Positions 38,271 to 52,169 of a stretch of DNA of 64,000 nt are shown here, in pieces. The notes below the pieces were generated by a model. The model was not told the origin of the DNA. It searched no databases and was given only the letters and a program-made list of their open reading frames with translations. Where the stretch lies: assembly GCA_038087875.1 (NCBI GenBank), contig CM075989.1:23748001-23812000 (forward strand), written 5' to 3'. The position numbers and the translations under genes were made by a program. This stretch comes from Malacoraja senta (taxonomy: Eukaryota). Position 1 is the stretch's first letter; every line of letters starts with the position of its first letter.

Positions 38271-40359
38271 TACATGGGTAGGAAATGTTTAGAGGGGTGT
38301 GGGCACCCTTCAGTACCCTTGCACATCTCAATGACATGCGTGTCGGTAGATTAATTGGCCACTGAAAATTGCCGCATTGATAGGATCCAATTCTGAAATG
38401 AAACAAATTCTGTTAAAACAATTTGCGACGGGACATTGGAGTCTGGAGACGCAAGGAACTGAGAACGCTGGAATCTTGAGAAAATCGTGCTGCCGTAACT
38501 CAGCAGGTCAGGCAGCATCAACGGAGGGAATGGAGAGGTAACATTTCAGGTTGGGTCCATTCTTACATCTCTGGATCTATCTTCCAATGCAGCAATGGAA
38601 GGTCACCACCATTACTGACTGGGATAGCAGGCAGAGGCCATTCAGCCCATCTGTTCCGTGGGTTTCCAGCGGTCCCAATCCCATTAGACCTGTTCCCACT
38701 CTCCTTAATTCCCTCAACGCCTACAACCTATCTCAGCTCCCCCTTTAATTATTTTTGTTTGCCATTTACACACACTAACGAATAATTTACAGTGGGGGTA
38801 AATCAATCAGCCAGCTTGTCTTTGGATCATGGTTTACAACAACAAGAAACATGTGCAAACTCGGCACAGACAACAGCCAACATCAGCATTGATCCTGGGT
38901 TCATGGCACGGTTGCCAGCAGCACTACCTGCTGCACCGCCATGGCAAAAGGTCCTATCACGGACACCAACATTTATAACACCCGTTCCGACTTGTCCTAC
39001 TTTATCCCATGTTCTCTTCCTCTCCCGACACACTAGGGGCAATTTACCTACAAACCCGCAAGTCTTTGGGATGTGGGAGGAACCTGGAGCACCCGGAGGA
39101 AACCCAGGTGGTCACAGGTAGAACGTGCAAACTCCACACAGACGGCACATTCGAGGTTGGGATCGAACCCGGGTCTCTGGCGCTGTGAGGCAACGGCCCT
39201 ACCAGCTGTGCCACCGTGCTGCCCTAAAGGTTGTTACACAGGACCCAAGCCCCTTGGGCTCAAGTGGTTACAAGACCCTAGACTATGGTCCTACCCCTCA
39301 AAGCATTTGCGGTGACCTCAACGTGCATTAATCATCCCACCGCACACGCCCCGCCACCAGCAATGGCGGCACATTCACCGACACACACCGCGTTACACTG
39401 GAAGTCCACCACGTGCCAGCAAGACCATGGCTTGTGGTAACACGAATGGCGTTACTTTGCAGCAGTCTGCACTAGTTTGATGGCATGATGATTACATTGA
39501 TTTGGTTGCACAGTGAACACAAAGAAAGATGTGTATTGATTGTAGCACATTTCCTGTAAGTAGCCTTATGAATAGAGTATATTATTGAAATATTTCCAAA
39601 TAGAAATCTGACAATGGAGAAGATGACGGGTTGAAACCACATTACATCAACTAATCTCTAATGGAGACATTAGAGGAATGGGCTCATATACTGAATGGAC
39701 ATCCTCATATCTCCAGCATCGATGTCCACAGGGATTAGAACATCTGGTAGCTGAAGAGAGGAGGAGGATCTGATTCTGTAGAGAAGAGCCAAGAGTCAAG
39801 AGTGTTTTATTGTCATGTGTCCCAGATAGAACAATGACTTCTTACTTGCAGCAGCACAACACAATATGGAAACATAGTACACTGTAAAAAACATTATGAA
39901 CAAGAGAGAAGTTTAGAGTGTATATGTACACATAGTCACAAATATATATATATATATATACAGTATAAAGTAGACACAAAATGCTGGAGTAACTCAGTGG
40001 GACAGGCAGCATCTCTGGAGAGAAGGAATGGGTGACGTTTCGGGTAGAGACCCTTCTTCAGATACACACACACACATACGTACGCACAAAAAATAATAGT
40101 GCAATAATAACAATATTAGTCTATGTGGTTCAGAGCTTATTTGAGGTTGTAATGTTTAATAGCCGAATGGCTGTAGGGAAGATGCTGTTCCTGAACTTGG
40201 ACGTTACAGTTTTCAGGCTCCTGTTCTAGCACTGCGGCACTGAATGTCAATGATTCAATGACATCCTCCATCTGGAGGACTACAGATGTGACCTCGACCA
40301 GCTCACACCTCCCTCTGCTCCTGTCCCAACCATCTGGCTTCTCCCTGACCTTGCGCTTC

Positions 40360-40825
40360 CAACACCGCAAGAAATTGGCGAGAATTGTGGACGCAGCCCA
40401 GACCATCACACGAACCGACCTCCCCTCCATGACACCATCTACACCACACTGCCTCGGCAAGGCCAGCAGTATAATCAAGGAGCAGTCTCACCCTGGTCAC
40501 TCCCTCTTATCCTCTCTCCCATCAGACAAGAGGTACAGAAGCGTGAAAACAAACGCACACCTCCAGATTCAGAGGCAGTTTCTTCCCATCTGTTATCAGG
40601 CAACTGAACCATCCTACACCAACTAGAGAGCTACTATCTACCTGACTGAAGACCCTCGGACTATCCTTAATTGAACCTTGCACTAAACGTTATTCCCTTT
40701 GTCCTGTATCTGTAGACTGTGGATGGTTTGATTGTAATCATGAATAGTCTTTCTGCTGACTGGATAGCACAAAACAAAAACTTTTCACTGTACCTCGGTA
40801 CACGTGACAATAAACAAAACTAAAA
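40360..40825 (+). mobile_element. Rex1/Babar LINE 3' end with 3'UTR
   Basis: ORF KLARIVDAAQTIT...SIIKEQSHPGHSL; 3' end CTTTTCACTGTACCTCGGTACACGTGACAATAAA seen many times in the window. Confidence 0.85.
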
Positions 40826-40830
40826 TCAGT

Positions 40831-40858
40831 CTGAAGAAGGGTCTCGACCCGAAACGTC
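40831..40858 (+). ncRNA. Minimal type I hammerhead ribozyme core
   Basis: CTGAAGAAGGGTCTCGACCCGAAACGTC, intact. Confidence 0.7.
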
Positions 40859-42070
40859 ACCTATTCCTTCGCTCCATTGATGCTGCCTCACCCGCTGAGT
40901 TTCTCCAGCATTTTTGTCTACCTTTGATTTTTCCAGCTTCTGCAGTTCTTTCTTAAACTAAAATCACTCTCACCGACTTTCCATCCACCCTGCCTCCTAT
41001 CCAGGAGCTATCCTGCCTCTCAAACTGGCTGCCTGTCCAGGAAATAATAAAATGAAACACGGTCCCGCTGTGACTCAGTGAAGATGTGGCTGGTGACCAA
41101 GTTTCATTTTGACATACCAAGTTCACAATGGATGGAACTTCAATGAAAACCTGCACTGTAGTGGTCTAAATATCAAGGTGTCAACATGCACAACTTCAAG
41201 GAGTAACATGCACCAATCTACACGGTTAAAAACATCTTGCACTTGTCTTCGATCTCTCTCTTTAGTGCAAGGTAAAGTATCTCAATGCTCTGACTTAATC
41301 TCATCTTGTTTACCTTTCTGGCGTATTCTGAATTTTAAAATGTCGCACAAAGCTAAAAGCATTTTACTGGAGAGCTGAAAACATCTTACAGTCTCAAGGG
41401 GCCAGATTCTTTCAAACACAAATAGGAATGTTTTTATTTGAAATCAAATTAATATCATGTGTAGCAAGGAACTGCAGATGCTGGTTTAAACCGAAGATAG
41501 ACACAAGAAGCTGGAGTAACTCAGCGGGACAGGCAGCATCTCTGGAGAGAAGGAATAGGTGAAGATAGACACAAGAAGCTGGAGTAACTCAGCAGGACAG
41601 GCAGCATCTCTGGAGAGAAGGAATGGGTGATGTTTCGGGTCGAGACCCTTCTTCAAGAACAAATAGAAATATTTAAACCGTAGACACAAAGAGGTTGACT
41701 CAACAAGGGTCTCGACCCGAAACATCATCCATTCCTTTCTCTCCAGAGATGCTGCCTGTCCCACTGAGTTACTCCAGCTCTTTGTGTCTATCTTCACCTA
41801 TTCCTTCTCTCCAGAGATGCTGCCTGTCCCGCTGAGTTACTCCAGCGCTTTACGATTAATAATAATATGTGCCCCAAATTCATGCAACAATTGATAGATT
41901 TTAAGAATTTTCAAATGGGAAAAGTTAACGTCTATGGAATCACAGCTGGTTTACTTGTGACTCTCATAACCACTGCATGCATAGGAGTGTACAGCAGTAC
42001 CAAGGCACTGCACTGCTAGGTTAGAGGTCGGTCATGGCTGGTCAATAACACAGGACTGTAAGCAAACCAC

Positions 42071-42225
42071 CTGGACATCATCAGTCTCCCTGAGCATAAA
42101 CAGCGCTGACATCTACCCTGGCAAGCCAACCAGCGCAGGTCAGAGGTCAGGGCACCGAGACTAACTTTACAGCCCGAGAGGTGGGGATGTTTCTGGAATC
42201 TTTCACTGGGAGATGACACGCCCGA
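42071..42225 (-). CDS. Internal coding exon of the unrecognised gene (SGVSSPSERF...CQGRCQRCLCSGRLMMS)
   Basis: Acceptor TTTTATTCCTTCTGAAG|, donor CAG|GTGGTT (weak), 155 nt, phase 0-2, open and compatible with the exon at 34157. Confidence 0.55.
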
Positions 42226-43174
42226 CTTCAGAAGGAATAAAATGAGGTTTGACATCGCAGTATGTTACACCAGTCTGTTAAAGGCAGAATGGGAATCACA
42301 GATATAATCACTAGCATTCTTCACAAGCTGTCACACAGGACATAGCATACTGCATCATTCTGCACACACACCTCTTATTATTCCCAACGCACACCACCAA
42401 ATTAAAGTTGAAAATCACCTTGCAAAGTAATTTGTATAGTTGTTCCTATTACATTCCCTCACACTTGTTAGCTATTCATTGCAAGAGCAAAGCTTTTCCA
42501 CATTAATACTGTGATGTCTGTCGCTAATTCCCATCCAAACAGTTGGAACAATAATACATGTTCCACATGAGGAGTGTGTGTACATTTTAACCCCTGTGCA
42601 AACACACCGGGTCTTTAGTGACCTGGTTTTGAAAGGAAGGGGTATTTTGTAATTCTTTGGGAAACAGAGATTGAACATTGGTTCTTTATAAGAGAAAGTA
42701 CAGGCAGAAATGTGCCCAAGAATGGCAAGAGAAGGTGTTTGACTTTAAATTTATATTCTCTCTTACCTATGTTGCACCGATATTACAAGGACATTTTAAC
42801 AGTCGAGTCTACAATCAGAGAATTTCAGCGAAATCCAGAGAAATACCTTAACCTTTGCACATGCTATGAGTTTTAACAGATTTCCACATGACTGTATCGC
42901 CACTTCGACCGTGAAATGAGCTCTGCTGGTTTCTGAAACATAATAAAAACATACTTAATAAACAGCTGATCCAAATAAGCAAATTATATACAAAACAAAT
43001 GCTCTGCTAGCTTCTATACTTGAGGAAGGACACCTGAACTAATTGAAAACAGCCCTTGCATTAAGAGTATATCGATCATCTTCCTCAGAGTATTGAAGAA
43101 ATCAACAGGACCCTGGAATGGGAATTGGGTACATTAAGGGTCCCTGCCCTAAACGTCAACCATCCATGTTCTTA

Positions 43175-43380
43175 AGGGACCCGACCTGAAATATCACCTA
43201 TCCATGTTCTCCACAGATGCTGCCTGACCCGCTGAGTTACTCCAGCACTCTGTGAAAAGTCACCTATCCATGTTCTCCAGAGATGCTGCCTGACCCACTG
43301 AGTTACTCCAGCACTCTGTGAAACGTCACCTATCCATGTTCTCCAGAGATGCTGCCTGACCCGCTGAGTTACTCCAGCAC
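43175..43380 (+). repeat. 66-bp tandem array (3 units) of Penelope-derived repeat
   Basis: Reverse complement of the unit at 22132. Confidence 0.9.
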
Positions 43381-44304
43381 TTTGAACTTGAAAACTTTCT
43401 AGATATGACAATCAATTGGACTTACCATCCATTACTTAAACAGATCATTTTTAATCTAAGTCAACACTCTGTTAATAATGTGTCGGAAGGAACAGCAGAT
43501 GCTGGTTGACACCGAAGATGGACACAAAATGCTGGAATAACTCGTAGGGACAGGTAGCATCTCTGGATAGAAGGAATGGGTGACGTTTCAGGATCGAGAC
43601 CCTTCTTCAGACTGAGAGAAGGTTCTCGACCTGAAACGTCATCCATTTATTTTATCCAGAGATGCTGCCTGTTCCGCTGAGTTACTCCGGCATTTTGTGT
43701 CTGTTAATAACGTAAGGCACATCTGAACCATTGCTTTTAGCAACAATGCTCAGGCTAATGGCCGGAGGAAAGGAGGTGCTGGCTGGTACACTGGGTACAT
43801 TCATGCCATGCCATGTAGGAAACTAACAGTTGTTCATGTTCCCAATCTATTAGTTTATTTCTAGAGTAAAACTCCAATATCCAGTAAACTGGTGGTTTGG
43901 CAAGTGACGAACTGGGTTCATCCAAAACCCGGCTGGTTCTGTAGAAAAAATGATACGACAAAGAAATAAAGTAAAAGTGTGTTGGAGTCTAAACCCGAAT
44001 AACATCCAATCATCCAAAACATGTTCTAGTCTGGCACCAAAGTCCCGAAAATGCCAAATGATTGGAGTTTAGTTTTGGTTAATATTGTCAAGTGTGTCGA
44101 GGTACAGTGAAAAGCTTTTTGTGTGTGATATCCAGTCAAAGAAAGGACTAAAGATAGACACCCACAAATGCTGGAGTAAATCAGCGGGTCAGGCAGCATC
44201 TCTGGACAAAATAGATAAGTAACGTTTCAGGTCGGGACAAATTCTTCAGACTTTAAAGACTGTACATGATTACAATCAAGCCTTTACAGATAAAGGATAA
44301 AGTT

Positions 44305-44621
44305 ATTTTAGTTTAGTTTAGTTTAGGGATACAGCGTGGAAACAGGCCCTTCATCCCACCGAGTCTGCACTGACCAGCGATCCCCACACACCAACACTAT
44401 CCTACACACACTAGGGACAATTTACAATTTTACCAACCCAATTAACCTACACAACTGTACGTCTTTGGAGTGTGGGAGGAAACCGGAGCACCCGGAGAAA
44501 ACCCACGCAGGTCACGGGGAGAACGTACGAACGCCGTGCACACAGCACCCGTAGTCAGGATCGAACCCGGGTCTCTGGGGCTGCAAGGAAGCAACTCTAC
44601 CGCTGCGCCACCGTGCTGCCC
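44305..44621 (-). mobile_element. HE1-type SINE, full length
   Basis: A and B boxes, body and (TAAAC)n tail. Confidence 0.9.
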
Positions 44622-44735
44622 TTTCAACATTCAGTGTACGATATAACATTGAAGGTTTAAACAGATGAGGTATATTTTGACTTAATGCTGGATGTACACT
44701 CTGTATAATTCATGCCTCTACTTATCAGGTTTTAC

Positions 44736-44990
44736 CAACTTGTTTTATTCTTTTTCAACACTGCTCATCCTGAGAACGTGGAATGATTAAGACGGGTTGA
44801 AGAGGTATTGACATAACTTCACAAGCCAATGCTGCAATCCTACTGGGATCAGTGCGAGACTCAAAGCGTCCTAAGTAGTCACAGTGTTTGACTGCGATCC
44901 CAACCCAAAAGATCTCAAGGGGTAAAGTGAGCAACTTAAAGACGATGGGATAGCAGAACAATCCATCTTTGATATTAAAATGGAAACTTG
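44736..44990 (-). pseudogene. Candidate disabled exon (255 nt, phase 0-0, three in-frame stops)
   Basis: Acceptor CTAATTCTTTTTCTATCTGGCAG|, donor TTG|GTAAAA; phases fit the neighbouring exons. Confidence 0.3.
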
Positions 44991-45378
44991 CTGCCAGATA
45001 GAAAAAGAATTAGCTGCTGAAGTACTGACACGTTGTATAGTACTACTTACTACAAGTCGGAGCTGCCTTTGGGAACAGAGAACTAGTCAGTACGGAAACA
45101 GAATTAATGTATTCTTGTTGTTGTATAAAAGGGGAGGAAAATAAAAGCAATATATTGGCACATCTAATCCATTCCGTTAGGCATTAAATTGAATATCATT
45201 GCTCAGGAGTTTGGCCAGTCGTATCTGACAGTTAGTAGGATGTATTATTCCTTGAGCAATTGCAGCATTGTGCCAGCGCTAAAGAACAAAGTCCGTCTCC
45301 GCTTCTGTCCATGCTGGTCACAATCCTCTTCAGAGCCAGCATGTTTCACCTCAGGGAGACACAGCTCGTCAGTATCAC

Positions 45379-45608
45379 CTTACAGTGGCTTGCTGTCATG
45401 TTAAAAGCGCTGCCCAATACATTATTGAAGGGGTCTGCCTGCAAGCATTTCTTCTTGCTTACACTTTCAGAACTAATGCTCTTAAAATTGCTCATCAGAC
45501 GGCAGAAGATTGAGATTGGGGCACTTTGCATATTGCAGTTCCTTGGATCAACCCACACACTCCCATATGACTGGCCTGGGGCATTTCACCCCAAACCATA
45601 GAGAGAAA
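45379..45608 (-). pseudogene. Candidate exon with in-frame TGA at 45588-45586 (stop avoided if the acceptor at 45575 is used)
   Basis: Acceptor TTTATTCTGCAG|, donor AAG|GTGATA, phase 1-0; SLYGLG*NAPGQSYGSVWVDP...TASHCK. Confidence 0.45.
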
Positions 45609-46106
45609 CTGCAGAATAAACTAGACAAGCTCAACAAAATACAGCACACATTGAGTTGATCTCTTAAAACCGAGGTGTGCAGTAACTTCTCACAGAGAGG
45701 GCTGAATCTCTACAACTCTCTACCCTGGAGGGTTATGGAGCCTACATTAGTAGAGATTTTTGATCTGGAGATAGATACATTTTTTTGCAAGATTAGGGAA
45801 TTGAGGGCTATAAAGAACAGGCATGAAAGAGAAAAATGTGCCTGTGGGGAGATCAGCTAGGATCTGACTGAATGGCTCAGGGGGCTGAGTGGCCCAATCC
45901 TGCACCTTTTATTGTGTTCTTTAAAGTATAGAATCGTGGATTAACTATTCAATGTCGCAAACGGATGGCAAATGTAATGGGAAAAATGTTGAAGGCAAAA
46001 GGAACAATATTGGAATAAACTGGGACCATTTTTAACAGATTGAGAATAAACAATAGATGATTTGGTCTCCTACCACAGAACCATATAAGACAGAAAGAAA
46101 CTATGT

Positions 46107-46495
46107 GCCATGGTGGCGCAGCGGTAGAGTTGCTGCCTCACAGCGCCAGAGACCCGGGTTCGATCCTGACTACGGGTTCTGTCTCTACGAAGTTTGTACG
46201 TTCTCCCTGTGACCTGCGTGGGTTTTCTCCGAGTGCTCTGGTTTCCTCCCACACCCCAAAGACGTACAGGTTTGTAGGTCTGAAGAAGGGTCTCGACCCG
46301 AAATGTCACCCATTCCTTCTCTCCAGAGATGCTGGCTGACCAGCTTTTTGTGCCTATTTCAGGGTTGTAGGTTAATTGGCTTTGGTAAAAATTGTCCCTA
46401 GTATGTAGGATAGAATTAGTGTATTGGGATCACTGGTCGGTGCGGACTTGGTGGGCCGAAGGGCCTGTTTCCACGCTGTATCTTTAAACAAAACT
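46107..46495 (+). mobile_element. HE1-type SINE interrupted by a hammerhead-bearing Penelope fragment (~46279-46360)
   Basis: SINE resumes after the insert with duplicated (G/T)TTGTAGGT. Confidence 0.85.
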
Positions 46496-47180
46496 ACATT
46501 ATTTGCACCAGGAAATATATCTATCTCTGCCTTAAAAATATCCACTGACTTGGCCTCTACAGCTTTCTGTGGCAAAGAATTCCACTAATTCACCACCTTC
46601 TGACTAAAGAAATTCCTCCTCATCTCCGTCTTAAAAGAACGGCCTTTAATTCTGAGGCTATGACCTCTAGTCCTAGACTCTCACACAAGTGGAAACATCC
46701 TCTCTATCTAAGAAAAATGATTTGTAAACACCAATAAAACAATGTGTGAGCGTTTCCAAGATGCTGTAATGATCAGATGACACAGGAGGTGGTAGACGCT
46801 GGAGTTTGTAGCAAAACTCACCGAGAGCAGTTCATAAGGTCATAAGGAATAGTAGTAGAAATAGGCCATTTGGCCCATCGAGTCTACTCCACCATTCAAT
46901 CATGGCTCTATCTCTCCCTTCTAACCCCATTCTCCTGCCTTCTCCCCATAACTGTGACACCCTCTACTAATCAATAATCCATCTATCTCTGCCTTAAAAT
47001 TAGCCACTGACTTGGCCTCCACTGCCTTCTGTTGGAGGTACTCAGTAGGTCAGGCAGCATCTGTGGAGGGAAATGGACAGTGGCGAGTCAGGTCTTTGTG
47101 AAGGGTCTCAACCTCCACTGAAGTTGTCTGGCCCGCTGTGCAACAATATGAACATCGTTTTAATAAAATGCAAACACGAC

Positions 47181-47381
47181 TTCTGTGGGAAGAATCCTCC
47201 ACGGATCCTGACAGCAGTTCTTTGAAAAGGTAATATCCAGATGTATCAGAGAAGATTCGTGTTTTATCATCAAGGGGTTCAGAATATAAACTACTGATTT
47301 GGACACTCACTATCAACAATAACTTTCTCGAATCTCTTGCTATTTACTGTTTCAAGTTCCACAGAGAAACATTGCTACTCC
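47181..47381 (-). pseudogene. Candidate exon with in-frame TAA at 47346-47344
   Basis: Acceptor TGTTCAG|, weak donor GAA|GTCGTG, 201 nt, phase 1-1; SSNVSLWNLKQ*IARDSRK...RIFSDTSGYYLFKELL. Confidence 0.35.
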
Positions 47382-47649
47382 CTGAACATTTGACATTGAT
47401 ATATTATTTGTTCATATTCAATGCAAAAAATATATGCTCAACTCTGGATCTCTTAGTAATGTGAAAGTATTCTTCCTTTTTTATCATAATAGCAGTGTAT
47501 ACAGAACCAGGAATTTGTCTCTTAGATTTCTCTTAGAAAATCTATGATAGATTTTTGGACTAACAAATGATGGAGCAGGTTCAACAGGCCATGTGTTCTC
47601 ACCCACTCACATTTAAAATCATTTGTCAAATTCAGCTATTGTCAATTAC

Positions 47650-47924
47650 TTTTTACTGATTTCTTATAAATATCATCCTGAGACAATTTTTTCTTAAACT
47701 TTGTATTTAAAGAGGCAATTGTCATTCTCTTTCATGACGTTCCTAAGTTTCAACATTTCCGTCACCCACTGAATGTGTGCGTCAGGGTATCCGGAGATTG
47801 AAAGACTGTACAAACGCAAGCCGTTCTCTCCATTCAGCTGCCGCCCGGCTTCATTGTGACTATAGTCTTCCTCCACTTTCATGCATTTTCACACCACTGG
47901 TCAAGGACTACATTTGTAGAATGT
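47650..47924 (-). pseudogene. Candidate disrupted exon (needs a frameshift or stop read-through)
   Basis: Acceptor TTTCAG|, donor AAA|GTAATT; protein-like segments MKVEEDY...LRLYSLSISGYPDAHIQWV and TIASLNTKFKKKLSQDDIYKKSVK lie in different frames. Confidence 0.3.
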
Positions 47925-47948
47925 CTGAAATTTATCAAAAGCTTCACA

Positions 47949-49119
47949 TGTTAAAATTTACTTCGAAATGAAGATCGTGACTGTCTTAAAATCCAATCGC
48001 AATTTTGATGAAATAACAAATCATGAAAGTTTTTCATATAAGTGATCAGCTAATAAAATTTTGTTGGATTAGAAGGTTCCATTAATAGGCAACGTTAATA
48101 TGTAACATTAAAAATCAAGTCTGTAATTTATCCCATCAGATAAAGCATACAAAGACGTTTAATTTGACACCTAATTCACTTTGATATCATCAGCATTAAA
48201 AAAGTTATGGCCATTTTCATACTCGGAAATTAACATCTTGTTCCCTATTGCTTTTCCATTGACTTAACACAAAAGCTGTGATCGAGGACAGTCAAAAGCC
48301 CATAACTTTCTTAAAAATTAAGAGAACTGAAAGAAATTTTCAGTTATTGTAGATTGAAGCATTCTGAAACAAATATGAAACAATCTTACTTAGATGACAT
48401 GAAATTAAAGCATATAATTAGTTAGTTACCTAATTGTAGCTAATTACAAAATTCAATTACTAGATCTAAACATCTATCAATTTCTTAAGAATAGATTAAC
48501 ATTTTTAAATAGCCTAAGTGTCCAAATAACATTCACACAAGAATTCACAATATAACATAATTTTTAAATCTCATTGTCATGGATTTACAGGCCAAATGGA
48601 AGAAATTTAATGTTTAATACCTGTAAATTCATGGGCATTTAAATCATCTTGCGAGTGGGATTGTCTGGAACGCGATCATTTGGAACGTTGATTTGCGGTG
48701 AATTTAACCCCGTATCGGCATGAAAAATTATGCCGTTAGTTCGGGGAAAAGAATCACCGTTTCGCATTAAAAAATGTGAATTAAAGGCCTCTTAAGAAGC
48801 ACTTTTATACATAAAATAAACTGCTTTCGTTTACCTGTCCCGTGCGTGAAATCTGTCCCGGCTGTCGGCGTTGACGGCTTTCGAAGCTGATTTTAAAATT
48901 GCTCTAGCGCTGAACTTGTCGACCAAATAAAAATAAAAAATACACAAAACGCCCGTCGGAAAGATTTTTCAGCAAAAGCTTGCACTCCAATCAAATATAA
49001 TACAGGACAAGGTAGGAGAATCCCGCGTTTTAACCCCGCCCCCCCCCCTCAAAGGCGCCAAAATCGCGCACACGGCCAGTGGCAGAATTGCAGCGCCGCT
49101 GAAGTTAGGTATTGTAACA
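47949..49119. mobile_element. ~1.17-kb element with short inverted TGTTA...TAACA termini (non-autonomous DNA transposon or solo-LTR-like)
   Basis: ATGTTAAAAT (47948-47957) versus ATTGTAACAT (49111-49120); AT-rich body with a CpG-rich end; no long ORF. Confidence 0.5.
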
Positions 49120-49124
49120 TACCT

Positions 49125-49263
49125 ACTATCCATGTTCTCCAGAGATGCTGCCTGACCCGCTGAGTTACTGCAGCACTCTGTGAAACGTCACCTATCCATG
49201 TTCTCCACAGATGCTGCCTGACCCGCTGAGTTACTCCAGCACTCTGTGAAACGTCACCTATCC
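49125..49263 (+). repeat. 66-bp tandem array (2 units) of Penelope-derived repeat
   Basis: Same unit as 43175-43380. Confidence 0.9.
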
Positions 49264-50089
49264 AATGTCTCCCACCATCCCCTGCACCCCCTCTTCCACC
49301 CAAACTCCAACCCCACAAAAAAATCCCATTCTCCCAGAGCAACCCTGCCCAGACCCATTTTGGAATTTCACACATTCCACTCCCATCATCTTTCATTCTT
49401 CCAAAGGTACAGGTCCAACCTGGTCGATGCTTCTTCACTGGACAGTCCCTTCCTCTTCGGCATCATCCCAATCTAACGGACCTTCCATCCTCAACTGTGT
49501 ACTGGCCATGCAACCTACCCCAAGAGTGATCTCAACTGAAGCTGTCCTCAGTTGCAGTGAGGTTTCCCTTCTTGGTACTCAACACCCCTTGCAATAAAAA
49601 CACCAATCACTTCCTCTTCCAATTTTTGCAAGGGTTCTATTCTGTCTACGGGTGCTGTCCGTAAGGAGTTTACACGTTCTCCCCGTGACAACATGGGTTT
49701 TCCCCGGGTGCTCCAGTTTCCTCCCACACTCCAAAGACGTGCTGGTTTGTAGGTTAATTGGCTTCTGTAAAAATTGACAATTGTCCCCAGTGTGTCGGAT
49801 AGTGATAGTGTATGGGTATCACTGGTTGGCACGGACTCGGTGGGCCGAAGTGCCTATTGTATCGGCCCTTCTCTTATCCCACTGTACCTCTAAACTCTAA
49901 ACACTTTCCAAGCTAATATTTTACCCCCATATCCAGAATCCCTTGCATATTTCTATGGGGTACTTTATCAGATGCCTTCAAGAAATCCAAGTGCTCTCCT
50001 TCCAACCCATTGAAAATCTCTGAATGAGCAGCATTCGTCCATGCTGAGAAAGGATATATGTTCTAAAACAAAGTTTGTAAGGCTAGTAA

Positions 50090-50470
50090 AGGCCCTGTCC
50101 CACTTAGGCTATTTTTTAGATGACTACAGGCGACTAGACTGTCGCCACATGGTTGCCGGGGGGTCGCCTGTATGGTCGTGAGTCGTCTCCTCAGTCGCCC
50201 AAAGAGACGCAGCGCCTTGCTGGTCGACGCTGGATTTTCAACATGTTGACTTTTTTTGGAGACAGTCAGCGACAGTGGGTTGATGCCAATGAGCGTAGCT
50301 TGTCTTCTGATGTAGGTGCTGTCGTCGGTTTTTTTGTTGTTGTTAAAGTAATGATTCTATTTCAAATTTTATGTCGAAGGGGGGGTCCAGTCGCCGGTTT
50401 CTCAGCGACCTGCGACGACTATGACAATCGCCGGCAGTCGCCTACAAATAGCCTAAGTGGGAAGGAGTTT
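50090..50470. mobile_element. PIF/Harbinger-like MITE
   Basis: TAA then AGGCCCTGTCCCACTTAGGCTATTT; right end AAATAGCCTAAGTGGGAAGG (degenerate); GTCGCC-rich interior. Confidence 0.75.
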
Positions 50471-52169
50471 TATGCTCATTTTCATTGCAGTGCTTCCTCC
50501 ATTGTAGGTGGGGGCACCCAAACCGCACTGCCATCTCTCCGGAACGTACAGTTTTTAACTGGCATGACAAACTTCAAAGGATAGCCGCTCTGTTTGAACT
50601 CACTGCTCAGATATTTCACTGACGATATTGCATATTCTAAAGTTGGACTGGTGAATGCCTCTATTTATTACAGGTCTATGCTTCATTAACTGACGGAGAA
50701 GTATTAGAGGAGTATTACTACAACACGCATTACTGGCTGAGTATTCAAGGCTAGTAATAAAATTATCTCAACAAAATTACATACCCAATCAACACACTCC
50801 TGTAAACGCATCTCAAGTAAAAATATAAAAGATGCTTTTGAAACAAAGTAGTGAAATATTTCAAGGTAAAATACTTTTTTTTAATTTCCAAGTTTTCTGG
50901 CAGTTGAATAAATTGGCCTTAATAGACTGTAAAACAGCCATTTCCTTATATATAAGAACTCAAAGCATTTTAACACATGGGTTCTCTGAACAGCTTGCTG
51001 TTTTGCCCTGTCTCCTTCTGCTGTGTGGTAAAAAATATCATCTCATTCACAGTTCCAAAGAAGCTGAGCCCATCCCAAAGACGTGTACAGCATGGTGGCA
51101 CCCCGGTAGAGTTACTGCCTCACAGCGCCAGAGACCCGGGTTCGATCCTGGCTACGGGTGCTGTCTGTACAGATTTTGTACGTTCTCCCTGTGACCACGT
51201 GGGTTTTCATCGGTTTCCTCCCACATTCCAAAGACATGCAGGTTTGTAGGTTAATTGGCTTCTGTAAATTCTGATTGTGCTCGCGTGCGGCCGATTGTAG
51301 TCGGCACAGACACAGTGGGACAGAATACTCATAGATAACATATGATAAACAAAAAGATAAACTCATTAATAACTTCAATATTGTTGCAAAAAAGCTGGTA
51401 GGTAGTGCAACCAAGATAGTCCATAGTTCACTGTCACTGTATGTCATGTTGTCACTTGCGGGTGGAGCACCAAGACAAATTCCTTGTATGTGAATACTTG
51501 GCCAATAAACTTAATTCAATCATTCATAGCTTGTAATGTATAAAAGCTGATGGATTTCAGTAGTTTTTTTTGCAGTAGATTTCAGAGATTCAGAGCTGTG
51601 TGAAAACAGGCCCTAAGGTCCGTGCCAACTGCCCCGCACACTAACACTATCCCACACGCTAGGGACAATTTGCAATTTTACTGGTCAATTAACCTACAAA
51701 CCTGCACATCTTTGAAGTGTGGGAGGAAACCGGAGCACCAGAAGAACAGACTCAAAATGGTGGAGTAACTCAGCGGGACAGGCAGCATCTCTGACGAAAA
51801 GGAACGGGGGACGTTTTGGGTTGAGACCCTTCTTCTGAAGAATGGTCTCGGCCCAAAACGTCACCTATTCCTTTTCTCCAGAGATGCTGTCTGACCCGCT
51901 ATATTATCTGACTTGATTAGATAGCATGCAGATCAAAGCTTTCTGCTGTACCTCAGGAATTTCAGGTTCATTATTGTCACTTGTACTGTGAAATAGTTCA
52001 CAGTACCATGGCATCAATTCTTTCAAAGACAGGTCACACGTTTTATATCCATCTCTTATCAATTTTTTACAGCAGGGGGTCGAGATCTAAGTGGCAGAGA
52101 TTGACAGGGACTGTTGGACTTTGCACGCTCGAATTCCAATGATTGGCTTAAAAGTAAAAATAAAGATCT

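Noticed and set aside
45586..45588. In-frame TGA as selenocysteine, with the 14/17-kb hairpins as SECIS elements
   Set aside because: Neighbouring candidate exons contain TAA/TAG stops; the hairpins lack SECIS geometry and lie >11 kb past the stop codon.
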